Shown: positions 17,632-26,651, counted from the stretch's first letter. The stretch is DNA of 64,000 bases from Nitrospirota bacterium (GCA_963663225.1 OY760142.1:2592001-2656000); one strand, 5' to 3'. Numbers and translations: made by a program. Notes: generated by a model from the sequence alone, not told the origin.

Positions 17632-18864
17632 ATGCTAGTTGAAAAACCGAAAATCTACCCTATAGAAGAGTTTATTATCAATTTTGAAAATGTCCGTAAT
17701 CGGGAGAATATTTTTATTTCCGGAGATGATCAAGTCTTCGAGCAGCTTAAAAAAAATGGTTTCCCTGCTGTTACAACGGCCTTTACGGATTTAAATGGTG
17801 ACAAGGAATGGAAAGAAAAGTTTAACAATTATTTTATCGGTAAGGGAGTTTTCATTGTTCCAGGCGATGAACCTAATTATGCTAAGACGGTAGCTAATAA
17901 TCTTTATGGTCTTGCAAAGGGAATCAAGATACTTGATGTTGATGATGCTGAAGACAAAGAGGTGATTAAAGCATTGTCGATATCTACCCTGAATTGGAAA
18001 CCAGCAGGTGAGGATAAAACGGCTATTCCTGAAGCCTCAGAGGATAAAAAGGAGCCACCAGCGTCAGCAGATGTTGAGGATAGCGCCAGTCCACAGCTTA
18101 AAGATGGCTACACCAGGTTAGCAAATGAAATTTTAGACGCATTCGCCATGACTAAGCTTAGCGGTTATGGATTTCGCATTATCGCGGCTGTTGTCAGAAA
18201 AACATATGGATATAGAAAGAAAACGGATTGGATATCAAATAGTCAATTTGTCAAGATGACAGGAATATTAAAACCGCATGTCTCCCGGACTGTTAAAGAG
18301 CTCTGCACTAGAAATATACTGATACGGGATGGTTACAAGGTCGGTCTTCAGAAAGACTATAAACAATGGCTGTTACCAAAATCGGTAACTCTTAAAAAGA
18401 CGAAGTTGCCTAAAAAGGTAACAGTTACCGAAAATGGTAACTCAAAAAAAGGAAAGGGAGTAGAGTTACCGAAAATGGATAAAAAGTTACCATCGGCGGG
18501 GCACACAAAAGAAACTATACAAAAGAAAAAAGATTGCGTTTCGCCTAAAGGCTCACCGCCTTCTAGTCCTGACAGTAAAAGGAAATTAGTAAATCCCGGG
18601 GTCAAACAGATTGTCGATCACTTTTACAACCTATGCCAAGAGAGAAAAGGCTTTGCGCCTAGGATTACCGTGAAAGATGGAAAGCTGGTAAAGAATGTTC
18701 TGGCAGAGATGTCATTGAATGAGGTTCGAGCGTGCATTGATTTTTTCTTGAAACATCCAAAATCCGAGGAACACACCACTTTGGCGGCAGCGGTATCAGC
18801 GGATACGATTAATCTTTATCTCAAGAGCAAAGCACGGAAAGAATCAGAGGGTATTTTTCTATGA
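17632..18864 (+). CDS. Replication initiator: degenerate TOPRIM fused to lambda O-type domain
   Basis: GYTRLANEILDA......RKTYGY.KKTDWISNSQF..MTG (phage replication protein O N-terminal domain). Confidence 0.85.
   Translation: MLVEKPKIYPIEEFIINFENVRNRENIFISGDDQVFEQLKKNGFPAVTTAFTDLNGDKEWKEKFNNYFIGKGVFIVPGDEPNYAKTVANNLYGLAKGIKILDVDDAEDKEVIKALSISTLNWKPAGEDKTAIPEASEDKKEPPASADVEDSASPQLKDGYTRLANEILDAFAMTKLSGYGFRIIAAVVRKTYGYRKKTDWISNSQFVKMTGILKPHVSRTVKELCTRNILIRDGYKVGLQKDYKQWLLPKSVTLKKTKLPKKVTVTENGNSKKGKGVELPKMDKKLPSAGHTKETIQKKKDCVSPKGSPPSSPDSKRKLVNPGVKQIVDHFYNLCQERKGFAPRITVKDGKLVKNVLAEMSLNEVRACIDFFLKHPKSEEHTTLAAAVSADTINLYLKSKARKESEGIFL
18372..18491. repeat. Palindromic iterons GTTACC-N6-GGTAAC (putative origin)
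   Basis: 18-bp copies at 18372, 18405, 18424 and 18465, half-site at 18486, followed by an A-rich tract. Confidence 0.8.
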
Positions 18865-19754
18865 GCGATGAATGGGACGTACTGGCCGAGGAAATTAAAA
18901 ATAATGACAAGGGTAGTGAAAGCAAGCTATATCGACCATCCGATGTGCGGACAATTGCCGAAGAGGTGAGAAAATGGTGGTCAGGCATTAAAGATGGCAC
19001 CATTAAATTCATAAAAGCCTTACCGCTGTTGATTGATTATCTTCCTGCGTACATTGCGGGGCACATAATTATTATTTCTGGCTATACCTCTGCTGGTAAA
19101 TCACAGCTTGTCTCCCAGATCGTTGCATGGGCTGCTGGCGTAGAAAACAGCCCGGTGCTACTAATTAGCGTCGAGGATTCCCGTATGGAGAAGCTAATTT
19201 CTTTAGTTTCTGTCCTAACGGAGAAGGTACACAGGAAAAAAATGCTCCTGGGCAATATCGAGGATGATAAAGAGAAAATCGAAGCCGCTATGGAAAACAT
19301 CTCTTATTGGCCACTCCATATTTACGATGATGTCTATACCTTGGATGAAATAGAGCTATTAATACAAAAGCACAAACCTAAGTTACTGGTGATTGATTAC
19401 GTTCAAAATCTGGTGGTTAATAAAGAGGGTATATACGAGCGGATGTCATATGTGGCGCAAAGAATACAAAAGATGGCGGTTGAATATAATCTAACAATTA
19501 TTGCAGCCTCGCAGGTATCAAACGAGGGCGCTAAAAATGATAGCGAGGTGATAAGTCTTAAAGGTGCCGGTGAACTGGCAGCCGTGGCTCATACGGTAAT
19601 ACAACTTAAAAAAGGAAGGGAGGAGAAAAATAGACATCAGGTCAAAATACAGATAAAGAAGAACAAGGCATTCGGGAATTGTGGGGAAGTGGAAGGTGAA
19701 TTTAACGAGTATTGGACAATTATTCAAAAAGCAGGTGACAGATGGAGTGTTTAG
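18861..19754 (+). CDS. DnaB-like (SF4) helicase ATPase domain
   Basis: Walker A SGYTSAGKS, VIDYVQ, SQVSN, K.K arginine-finger region; lacks the DnaB N-terminal domain. Confidence 0.88.
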   Translation: MSDEWDVLAEEIKNNDKGSESKLYRPSDVRTIAEEVRKWWSGIKDGTIKFIKALPLLIDYLPAYIAGHIIIISGYTSAGKSQLVSQIVAWAAGVENSPVLLISVEDSRMEKLISLVSVLTEKVHRKKMLLGNIEDDKEKIEAAMENISYWPLHIYDDVYTLDEIELLIQKHKPKLLVIDYVQNLVVNKEGIYERMSYVAQRIQKMAVEYNLTIIAASQVSNEGAKNDSEVISLKGAGELAAVAHTVIQLKKGREEKNRHQVKIQIKKNKAFGNCGEVEGEFNEYWTIIQKAGDRWSV

Positions 19755-20275
19755 CAGAGACCAAGAGTACGCAAGAGAATATAAGAGATCACATTGTTGA
19801 GATGGGTGCAGCTGGTAGGTTAATGAGATCGCGGGCAGTCGAAGAACAGATAAAGGATATTGAGCAGGAACTTAGAGAAAGACGCGAACGGCTGAATGTT
19901 CAGGAAGAAGGAGTAGGTAAAAAATTAAATGAAAAATCAATACTGGCCCTTATCGCGCAGCGGAAGAAACTGTTACGTGAATTTGATTATGCGTTGTCCT
20001 GTTTGATAATGACTGCAACCAAGACCGATAACAGCGGGGTGAGTCGTGAAGAGATAGATCGGGCAAGAACCTATCCTATAGAATCATTAATAGAAGTGAG
20101 GCGGGATAAGATGGCCCGATGTGTGAGCGGTCAGCACTCAGACAACAGCCCATCTATGGATACGAGAAATAACTTTTGTTACTGCTACTCGTGTGGATGG
20201 ACAGGTGATGTTATTACCGTTTATCAAAAACTATACGGAGTAACATTTCCGGAAGCTGTGAGGGCTTTACAATGA
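19742..20275 (+). CDS. CHC2 zinc-finger protein (primase zinc-binding-domain-like)
   Basis: C....H.D..PS......CYSCG..GD.I.......F.EAV..L. Confidence 0.88.
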   Translation: MECLAETKSTQENIRDHIVEMGAAGRLMRSRAVEEQIKDIEQELRERRERLNVQEEGVGKKLNEKSILALIAQRKKLLREFDYALSCLIMTATKTDNSGVSREEIDRARTYPIESLIEVRRDKMARCVSGQHSDNSPSMDTRNNFCYCYSCGWTGDVITVYQKLYGVTFPEAVRALQ

Positions 20276-20451
20276 TGACCTTTAAAAGTACCGCATGGGA
20301 TTACCATATTCAGTGTCTACTAAAAGTTCAGAATAATCTTCTGAAGGTTAAGGCCAGTTGTTTTGAACTCCCGGACAGGGCGGCTTATGAGATTCAATCG
20401 GTAATGGATAAAATACCGGCAATTATCGAGATGATTGAAAAAGATAATTAA
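20272..20451 (+). CDS. Small hypothetical protein (59 aa, not in ORF track)
   Basis: ATGA overlap with the CHC2 stop; reads MMTFKSTAWDYHIQC...EKDN*. Confidence 0.5.
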   Translation: MMTFKSTAWDYHIQCLLKVQNNLLKVKASCFELPDRAAYEIQSVMDKIPAIIEMIEKDN

Positions 20452-20499
20452 ATGATAGTAACGGGAACGAGGATAAGAAGTTTAAGGAGATTTGAATAG

Positions 20500-20769
20500 G
20501 TGAAGCTAGAGCTAGAACAGGAAGATATAGATAGCTTAACTTTAAGGATAACACAGGAAGTTATAAAAGGCTTGCTCCCTACCTTGTTGAGTCAAGATCA
20601 AGCAGGGGATACTATCTATACTGTTGAAGCTTTAGCTAAATACCTGCAAACAACCCCTAAATGGGTTTATAATCATATCCATGAGTTGCCGCATTTTAAA
20701 AAAGAGGGACTGATTCGATTTAGAAAGAGTGATATAGATAAACTTTTTGAAGAGAAAAATTTGCGTTAA
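20500..20769 (+). CDS. Excisionase-like HTH_17 protein
   Basis: YTVEALAKYL.....WVY......LPHFK..G.IRF.KSDID. Confidence 0.88.
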   Translation: MKLELEQEDIDSLTLRITQEVIKGLLPTLLSQDQAGDTIYTVEALAKYLQTTPKWVYNHIHELPHFKKEGLIRFRKSDIDKLFEEKNLR

Positions 20770-20796
20770 TCTAATTCATATTACAGAGGAAAATTA

Positions 20797-21054
20797 CTAG
20801 AAGTGGAACGGGAAAATTGAAAAAAGTAGCTGTAATAGAGTTAATAGCACTCCAACGATTGCAGCCCCGGCTGCTATTCTACTCCAGAAAATTGATTTCC
20901 TAAACTGCGTTGTTGTTGAGATTTTATCTGCTTTTTCTCTTTTGGCGAGCTCTGATAATATTGTTTTATAAGTGGGATGCATGTGGCCATATAGTGGAAG
21001 CATATGCAGTAGCTCAGTCTGGGAGAGTTTAGATAAGTCTAGATTATTAGACAT
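20797..21054 (-). CDS. Small membrane protein
   Basis: Single C-terminal TM helix. Confidence 0.6.
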   Translation of the reverse strand: MSNNLDLSKLSQTELLHMLPLYGHMHPTYKTILSELAKREKADKISTTTQFRKSIFWSRIAAGAAIVGVLLTLLQLLFSIFPFHF

Positions 21055-21080
21055 ATTACATCCCTTTTGCTTCAATCTAC

Positions 21081-21782
21081 TCAATTGAGTGGCTTGAAAT
21101 TCGATACTGAAAATTTATTTTCGTTTGTTACATTAACTGTAATCTGGGCTTTATATGGTAAACAACTGCCTTCTGCTCGTACAGTTAATACATGGTTGCC
21201 CGGAGGTATCAGGCGGTGACCTTTTGCATACGTGAGGGCGGGACGTATAAAAATAGGGTCGATAGCATAACCTGTGTTTATTGGTATGCCTTCAATAACA
21301 TCTACCCATACTGTTGATCTAGCGGATATATCGAATGTAGAATTTTTATACTCCATAACTCTTAAACTATGATCGGGGAGGAAATCATTCCATGATTGTG
21401 ATTCAACTGATTCCAAAACAACACGAGTCCCTTTCACGGTAACATTACTATCATTAATGACAGCAAGACGATATAAGTCATTCTCTTTTTGGTATTCAGG
21501 TCTAATCATGGTGCCCTTGTAATCTAGTCTCAGTTTAGGTTTAGCTTCTTCTTCTAGCTTGATGCATCGCTTATTTTCATCTTCCCATTTGTTATGTTCA
21601 TCAAGCCATGTGTAATAGGAAGCGATAATGATCACGGCAAGGGTTATAAAACTAAAAATTTCCCAAGGGAGTGCTTTTTCACTCATATGCTCATAGATGG
21701 TAATTAGAACGATTCCGATTCCACCACTAAGGAAAGATACCCAGTGGCGAAATAGGTTTTTTGTAAATATCACTATATTCAT
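21081..21782 (-). CDS. Membrane protein (2 TM plus beta-rich domain)
   Basis: AGGAGGG RBS, two N-terminal TMs, coiled segment, Ig-like-looking C-terminus. Confidence 0.7.
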   Translation of the reverse strand: MNIVIFTKNLFRHWVSFLSGGIGIVLITIYEHMSEKALPWEIFSFITLAVIIIASYYTWLDEHNKWEDENKRCIKLEEEAKPKLRLDYKGTMIRPEYQKENDLYRLAVINDSNVTVKGTRVVLESVESQSWNDFLPDHSLRVMEYKNSTFDISARSTVWVDVIEGIPINTGYAIDPIFIRPALTYAKGHRLIPPGNHVLTVRAEGSCLPYKAQITVNVTNENKFSVSNFKPLN

Positions 21783-21845
21783 AATATTATTCCCTCCTAG
21801 GTAAGTATAGTCAAAATATAGATTACGGTAAAGAAAAAAACAAGC

Positions 21846-21874
21846 TTTAAAATAGGGTTAAAATACCCTATAAT
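21846..21874 (+). promoter_or_regulatory. Promoter with overlapping palindrome upstream of phd-int
   Basis: TTTAAA-N17-TATAAT; ATAGGGT-N6-ACCCTAT at 21852-21871. Confidence 0.5.
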
Positions 21875-21901
21875 TGCTTTAGGCGGAAAGGAGGTGAATA
21901 G

Positions 21902-22207
21902 ATGACCGGCGTTAAATTTGTTACTGTGTCAGACATTGATAGGAGGGCAACGTCGATAGTCACTGAGGTAGAGCACGGTAATCTTAAGGTAGCAATTACA
22001 AAAAATGGTTATCCTGTTGCTCTTCTTCAAAAATCAACTGGTACAGAAACAGGCCGGAGAGAGACGGTATCCAACCTGAAAAACCATGCAGCACAGATCA
22101 TATCGGAGCTTGTAAGTACAGGGAAGAAGATAATCATTACCAAGGATACCGAGCCTGTAGTAGTGATTCAGAAGATTTCGGATACAGTTTTTAGCATCGA
22201 GGAATGA
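21902..22207 (+). CDS. Tandem Phd/YefM-domain protein
   Basis: Two repeats: VTVSDI.....IV.EV......AITKNG.PVALL and TVSNLKN....II.EL...G..IIITK..EPVVVI. Confidence 0.8.
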   Translation: MTGVKFVTVSDIDRRATSIVTEVEHGNLKVAITKNGYPVALLQKSTGTETGRRETVSNLKNHAAQIISELVSTGKKIIITKDTEPVVVIQKISDTVFSIEE

Positions 22208-22228
22208 AAACGAGAAAGGAGGGAACCG

Positions 22229-23446
22229 ATGGCAAAATATCGCGGAGTTTATAAGCGTGGCGGGGTTTGGTGGTATCGCTATCCAGATCACTTAGGGAAG
22301 ATGATTAGAAAATCGTCTTTCTCTGTCAGGCAGTCGGATGCAGTAGACGCAAGAGCTAAAGCGGTAGCAGCCATACGGGAAGGTAAGGAGCCGGAAGAGA
22401 CAAAGAAGATAGCCACATATACCTTCAATGATCTTGCGGAGAAGTATTCTGCTTGGATCGAAGGTCGGCAAGCCTCTTCAGAAGTAAAGGGATATATTAT
22501 TAACAGGCTCAAAGAACGCTTAATTTTGTTGTCTGGTGAGACTGGTAATCCTATTTATGTAAAGCTTGGGCCTCTTCCCTTGCGACGATTTAACACTTAC
22601 CTGATTGAACAACTACAGAGTGACCTTAAAAAGAAAGGCCTAAGCAAACCAAAAACTGACAAGAACGGTAAGATTATAGAAGCGGGGCCGCTTCAAGACT
22701 CAAGCTCTAACAGAATCCTGAACACCTTGAAGCATATGTTCACAAAAGCCGTAGAATGGGAGATGGTAGAAGAAACGATCTTAAAGAAAATACGTAAGGT
22801 CAAATTACCGAAAGAAGTTGGAAGGCTACGGTATCTGTCCGCTAAGGAAGCCCAAGCCCTTGTAAGTGTATGTGACGATCATTTAAAGCCTATAGTGATT
22901 ACTGCTCTCCATACAGGAATGAGGAAAGGGGAGATACTAGGTCTTAAATGGGACAACTTAGACTTGGAGCATGGGTTTATTCTCCTGGATAAAACGAAAA
23001 ATGGGGAGCGGCGAGAAATACCGATTAATAAGACGCTCAGAGAAGTATTTAATAAATTGCCCAGACGTTTTACAGGAGAAGGAGAAGACAGGCAGCTTAT
23101 ACCGTATGTATTTCACAATGTAAGAACTCTAAATTTTTACGGTAATGTGAAACGGAGCTTCAAGACAGCTGCTAAAACCGCAGGGCTAACAGACTTGCAT
23201 TTTCATGATCTGAGGCACACCTATGCTAGCCTTGCTATGATGAGTGGTAAAATAGACATTGCCACGCTGTCGAAGCTCTTAGGTCATAAAAATTTGAAGA
23301 TGACGATGAAGTATGCTCACCTCGCACCAACACACCTCACCAAAGCAGCCCACGTCATGGATGAAGTATACGACCTCTCAACTAGCACAAAACTGACACA
23401 GTCAGCCCATTTAGAAACAAAAAAGGAGTTAGCCTATGTTAGCTAA
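22229..23446 (+). CDS. Tyrosine recombinase / phage integrase
   Basis: N-terminal arm-binding domain, TGMRKGEI, HDLRH, LGH, Y; ends 15 bp from att. Confidence 0.97.
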   Translation: MAKYRGVYKRGGVWWYRYPDHLGKMIRKSSFSVRQSDAVDARAKAVAAIREGKEPEETKKIATYTFNDLAEKYSAWIEGRQASSEVKGYIINRLKERLILLSGETGNPIYVKLGPLPLRRFNTYLIEQLQSDLKKKGLSKPKTDKNGKIIEAGPLQDSSSNRILNTLKHMFTKAVEWEMVEETILKKIRKVKLPKEVGRLRYLSAKEAQALVSVCDDHLKPIVITALHTGMRKGEILGLKWDNLDLEHGFILLDKTKNGERREIPINKTLREVFNKLPRRFTGEGEDRQLIPYVFHNVRTLNFYGNVKRSFKTAAKTAGLTDLHFHDLRHTYASLAMMSGKIDIATLSKLLGHKNLKMTMKYAHLAPTHLTKAAHVMDEVYDLSTSTKLTQSAHLETKKELAYVS

Positions 23447-23461
23447 CCCCTTGTTTATAAA

Positions 23462-23537
23462 TGGAGCGGGTGGCGGGACTCGAACCCGTGACCCCAACCT
23501 TGGCAAGGTTGTGCTCTACCAACTGAGCTACACCCGC
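23462..23537 (-). tRNA. tRNA-Gly(GCC), integration target
   Basis: Reverse complement GCGGGTGTAGCTCAGTTGGTAGAGCACAACCTTGCCAAGGTTGGGGTCACGGGTTCGAGTCCCGCCACCCGCTCCA. Confidence 0.97.
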
Positions 23538-23570
23538 AGTAGAAAAAATATGATACGCTTTGGACGATGA

Positions 23571-23599
23571 AATATAACAAAGTGGTATTTTCTTGTCAA
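23571..23599 (-). promoter_or_regulatory. tRNA-Gly promoter
   Basis: Minus strand TTGACA-N17-TATATT with extended TG. Confidence 0.7.
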
Positions 23600-23654
23600 C
23601 CAAAAACTGTCGTATGTAATTATAATTCCTGAACATCCGTTCTGCCCGATTTAC

Positions 23655-23683
23655 TTGACGGAGTAGGGTAAGTGTGGTAATTT
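23655..23683 (+). promoter_or_regulatory. htpX promoter candidate
   Basis: TTGACG-N17-TAATTT with TG extension. Confidence 0.45.
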
Positions 23684-23733
23684 ATTATCAAATACTTCTC
23701 AAAGATAAATATTTATGGAGGGAACTATTTCCT

Positions 23734-24585
23734 ATGAATACTGTAAAAACAGTTGGTTTAATGGTTTTTATGACATTACTGCTGATGCTGGTCGGGAGTG
23801 CTCTTGGCGGCAGAAGCGGCATGATAATTGCTTTTGGTATGGCAGTGGTCATGAACTTTGGAACCTACTGGTTTAGTGATAAGATTGTCCTCCGCATGTA
23901 TGGAGCTCAGCCGGTGAGTGAAGCGGAAGCTCCAGAACTGTATTCGATAGTGCGAACATTGGTCCAGAAGGCCGGTTTGCCCATGCCGAAGGTCTATATC
24001 ATTCCGGAAGAGACGCCAAATGCTTTTGCAACTGGAAGAAATCCCGAGCATGCAGTGGTTGCGGTCACGCATGGAATAATGCGGATATTATCCCGGGAAG
24101 AGCTTGCCGGTGTTGTTGCTCATGAACTCGCCCACATAAAACACCGCGATATGCTTACCGGCACCATTGTGGCGACCATTGCAGGGGCTATCAGCATGCT
24201 TGCTCAGATGGCGCAGTGGGCAATGATCTTCGGCGGCCGGCGGGATGACAATGAAGAGGGCACAAGCCCGGTGGTGGGAATCGTGATGATGATTGTGGCT
24301 CCTATTGCTGCGATGCTTGTTCAGATGGCAATATCGCGTACGCGCGAATATGAGGCCGACAAAGGTGGCGCGCAAATCGCCGGAAATCCTGGTGGACTTG
24401 CAAATGCACTCCTAAAACTGGAGAGAGGATCGCAAATTGTACCGATGACGGATGCGAAACCTGCCACGGCACATATGTTTATCGTCAATCCTCTCACAGG
24501 CGGCGGTTTGATGAACCTGTTCAGTACTCATCCTCCGATTGCGGAGAGAGTGAAACGGTTGAATGAAATGGTGCGGGGAAGATAA
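23734..24585 (+). CDS. htpX: Zinc metalloprotease HtpX
   Basis: [26 protein letters not shown]. Confidence 0.96.
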   Translation: MNTVKTVGLMVFMTLLLMLVGSALGGRSGMIIAFGMAVVMNFGTYWFSDKIVLRMYGAQPVSEAEAPELYSIVRTLVQKAGLPMPKVYIIPEETPNAFATGRNPEHAVVAVTHGIMRILSREELAGVVAHELAHIKHRDMLTGTIVATIAGAISMLAQMAQWAMIFGGRRDDNEEGTSPVVGIVMMIVAPIAAMLVQMAISRTREYEADKGGAQIAGNPGGLANALLKLERGSQIVPMTDAKPATAHMFIVNPLTGGGLMNLFSTHPPIAERVKRLNEMVRGR

Positions 24586-24624
24586 CAGATAACTCTGTGA
24601 AGTGTATTACAATCAGATCAACAG

Positions 24625-24659
24625 AAGCCCGCCTTCCTTGTTGGGGAGGCGGGCTTTTT
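24625..24659 (+). terminator. Intrinsic terminator
   Basis: AAGCCCGCCTTCC...GGGAGGCGGGCTTTTT. Confidence 0.8.
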
Positions 24660-24660
24660 A

Positions 24661-25224
24661 TTAAACTGAATTATGCTGTTTATTGAGTGTTTTTTTTGCC
24701 AATTCAATGAGACCAAAGACTTTCAAATCTACGAGCATTCCCTGAAGCTGTTCATTTCTAAGGTATGCGAGAGCGTGCTCAAGCGGAGCCTCGATAACTT
24801 CAATGATTTCATTGTCATCGCCGCCGTTTTTTCCTATATGTTCAAGATCGGTACATAAGTAGGCCCTGAGCGCTTCAGTTGACGCTCCTGTAGAAATAGG
24901 TCCTTCGGCCAAAAATTCAAGTTTTTTCGCACTCCAGCCGGTTTCTTCAATTAATTCACGCCGCGCAGCATCTTCCATTGATTCGCCAGGCTCGACAAGC
25001 CCGGCAGGAAGTTCAATGACTTCACGTCCAAGTGGCGGCCTAAACTGTTTTTCGAGCAGGATATTGCCGGCAGGAGTCACAGCCACCATGACAACAATGC
25101 CGGAGATACCTATCCGTTCAAGCGCTTCCCATGTACGGACGGCGCCGTGAGCATCGCGGTAGGTTATCTCCACTGCGCTCATGAAACTGCCTTTCCATAC
25201 TGTTTTTCTGCGAATGATTTCCAT
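24661..25224 (-). CDS. NUDIX hydrolase (ADP-ribose pyrophosphatase-like)
   Basis: QFRPP....IELPAGL...GE....AARRELIEETG. Confidence 0.92.
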   Translation of the reverse strand: MEIIRRKTVWKGSFMSAVEITYRDAHGAVRTWEALERIGISGIVVMVAVTPAGNILLEKQFRPPLGREVIELPAGLVEPGESMEDAARRELIEETGWSAKKLEFLAEGPISTGASTEALRAYLCTDLEHIGKNGGDDNEIIEVIEAPLEHALAYLRNEQLQGMLVDLKVFGLIELAKKTLNKQHNSV

Positions 25225-25257
25225 CAATAGATCTTGTGCAGTGCTTTGCAATATGAT

Positions 25258-25872
25258 TCACAACCACTTTTTCATATCCAGGGTCAGGGCAGCAGGGATG
25301 ATAGTATCAACCTCGCGAACCCGTTTGCGTCCAGCCTTTGTAAACATTTTCTTGAGCAGAACATCTTCCTCTTTGTAATTGCTGAGTATATCAAAATCCG
25401 AGTCAGGAATATCACGTTTGAAGTATCCGCAACCCTCAAGCCGTACGGCACGACGATGGCCGCGGATTGTGGGGCCAAAGAGGCGGCAGATATGAGGCCT
25501 GTGTTTATAGATTAAACAAGCGCCTTTGTCATCAAGTGCCGGACAGCTCATTTTGGCTGATCTGCGAGAAATCGAATCGATGGACGCGAGCGTTTTAAGA
25601 AGCGGATCCTTGCGTGAGAATGCGCCTTTTTTTTCGAGAGCATCGAGCTGCTCGTTTGCTTTTGCAATAATTTTGCTTCTTATTGCGGATGGAACCTGCT
25701 TTAAGCTTGCTCGGAGATGGAGCGCATCGAGCAGAGTGATATCAAAAAAACCGGATGCGCAGCATTCATAACAGCCTTTTTTGCACTTTACGGAATGTTT
25801 TTTTGCCGCAGTGGTAAGCTGATCCGTGGTTTTTTCAAGAAAATGAGAATACTTCTTAACGATTTTATTCAA
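25258..25872 (-). CDS. YkgJ/CxxCxxCC cysteine-cluster protein
   Basis: CKKGCYECC...CPAL....CLIY..RP.ICR. Confidence 0.9.
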   Translation of the reverse strand: MNKIVKKYSHFLEKTTDQLTTAAKKHSVKCKKGCYECCASGFFDITLLDALHLRASLKQVPSAIRSKIIAKANEQLDALEKKGAFSRKDPLLKTLASIDSISRRSAKMSCPALDDKGACLIYKHRPHICRLFGPTIRGHRRAVRLEGCGYFKRDIPDSDFDILSNYKEEDVLLKKMFTKAGRKRVREVDTIIPAALTLDMKKWL

Positions 25873-25974
25873 TTGATAATGCCGCCTTTCATAAAGCAGC
25901 GTGATTATACGGTTTTCTCAAGTCATTTGTCAACATGAGGTTGAAAGAGAAGATTGAAAGGGAAGTGATATGAT

Positions 25975-26011
25975 AAGAAAAGGAGGAGCAAATGTTGCTC
26001 CTCCTTTTCTT
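25975..26011. terminator. Hairpin terminator of the ECF operon
   Basis: AAGAAAAGGAGGAGCAA-atg-TTGCTCCTCCTTTTCTT perfect inverted repeat. Confidence 0.7.
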
Positions 26012-26058
26012 CTTGAAGTTACAAGTGTTCGTAATCTGTTTGCTCAGCATTATTCTGA

Positions 26059-26646
26059 TTATTGGTTTTGAGCGTGTCCGCTAACAGGTCCTTTCCCGTG
26101 CTCGGTTCCTCGTGCGCTGGAAATCATTTTTTGAATGTCACGTCTGAAATCCTGCTGAAAGATAACAAAGCGTGCTTGCTGTTCCGTGTTAAGAATTCCC
26201 TGCAAACTTTTCCATTCTATCTCCGTCAGCTCCTGGGTTGAGCGATGGTTTGTTTCGAGCTGATCGAGCAAGGTCTGAAGTTTTGCTTCGTCTGGCTTTT
26301 TGGATGTGACAGCAGTTCGTAACGCGCGCATAGTTTCGCGTCGTTCTCGAAAAAGGTTGCCTCGCTGCCGGTCATGGGAGCTGAGAATTGAAGCAAGTTT
26401 TGCGCTGCTTTCGGAATCAAGTTTCAGTGTTTCTGTAAGCCGCCAGATTCTGAGCGTATCCACTTTTTTTCTGATTTGTTCCTGTTTTTCCGGTGACAGC
26501 TGAGGGCCGGTTCTAGATGGATTGTCATATCCTCTGATATCAGCATTCTGGTTTTTTGAAGAACTTTGCTGAGCAAAGGTATTAGAGGTTGTCAAGCAGA
26601 ACAGTGCGGCAACCGCGAATACCAGAATTTTTTTTGACGATAACAT
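26059..26646 (-). CDS. Spy/CpxP-like periplasmic protein
   Basis: Signal peptide, helical, LTxxQ-like ILNTEQQARF. Confidence 0.7.
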   Translation of the reverse strand: MLSSKKILVFAVAALFCLTTSNTFAQQSSSKNQNADIRGYDNPSRTGPQLSPEKQEQIRKKVDTLRIWRLTETLKLDSESSAKLASILSSHDRQRGNLFRERRETMRALRTAVTSKKPDEAKLQTLLDQLETNHRSTQELTEIEWKSLQGILNTEQQARFVIFQQDFRRDIQKMISSARGTEHGKGPVSGHAQNQ

Positions 26647-26651
26647 TGTGT

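Larger units (their letters stand above)
7700..23506. mobile_element. Integrative phage-satellite-like element in tRNA-Gly(GCC)
   Basis: 46-bp att repeats, terminal tyrosine integrase, excisionase, replication module, visibly AT-richer cargo; no capsid, portal, TerL or tail genes recognised. Confidence 0.93.

Noticed and set aside
18372-18491. Mini CRISPR array
   Set aside because: Repeats are 18 bp with irregular 1-23 bp gaps, lie inside a coding gene and have no cas genes nearby; iterons fit better. No CRISPR array was seen anywhere in the window.
21902-22207. Type II toxin-antitoxin module
   Set aside because: No adjacent RelE, Doc or PIN toxin; the next gene is the integrase.
7700-23506. 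Complete prophage or ICE
   Set aside because: No capsid, portal, large terminase, tail, lysis, relaxase or T4SS genes recognised between the att sites.
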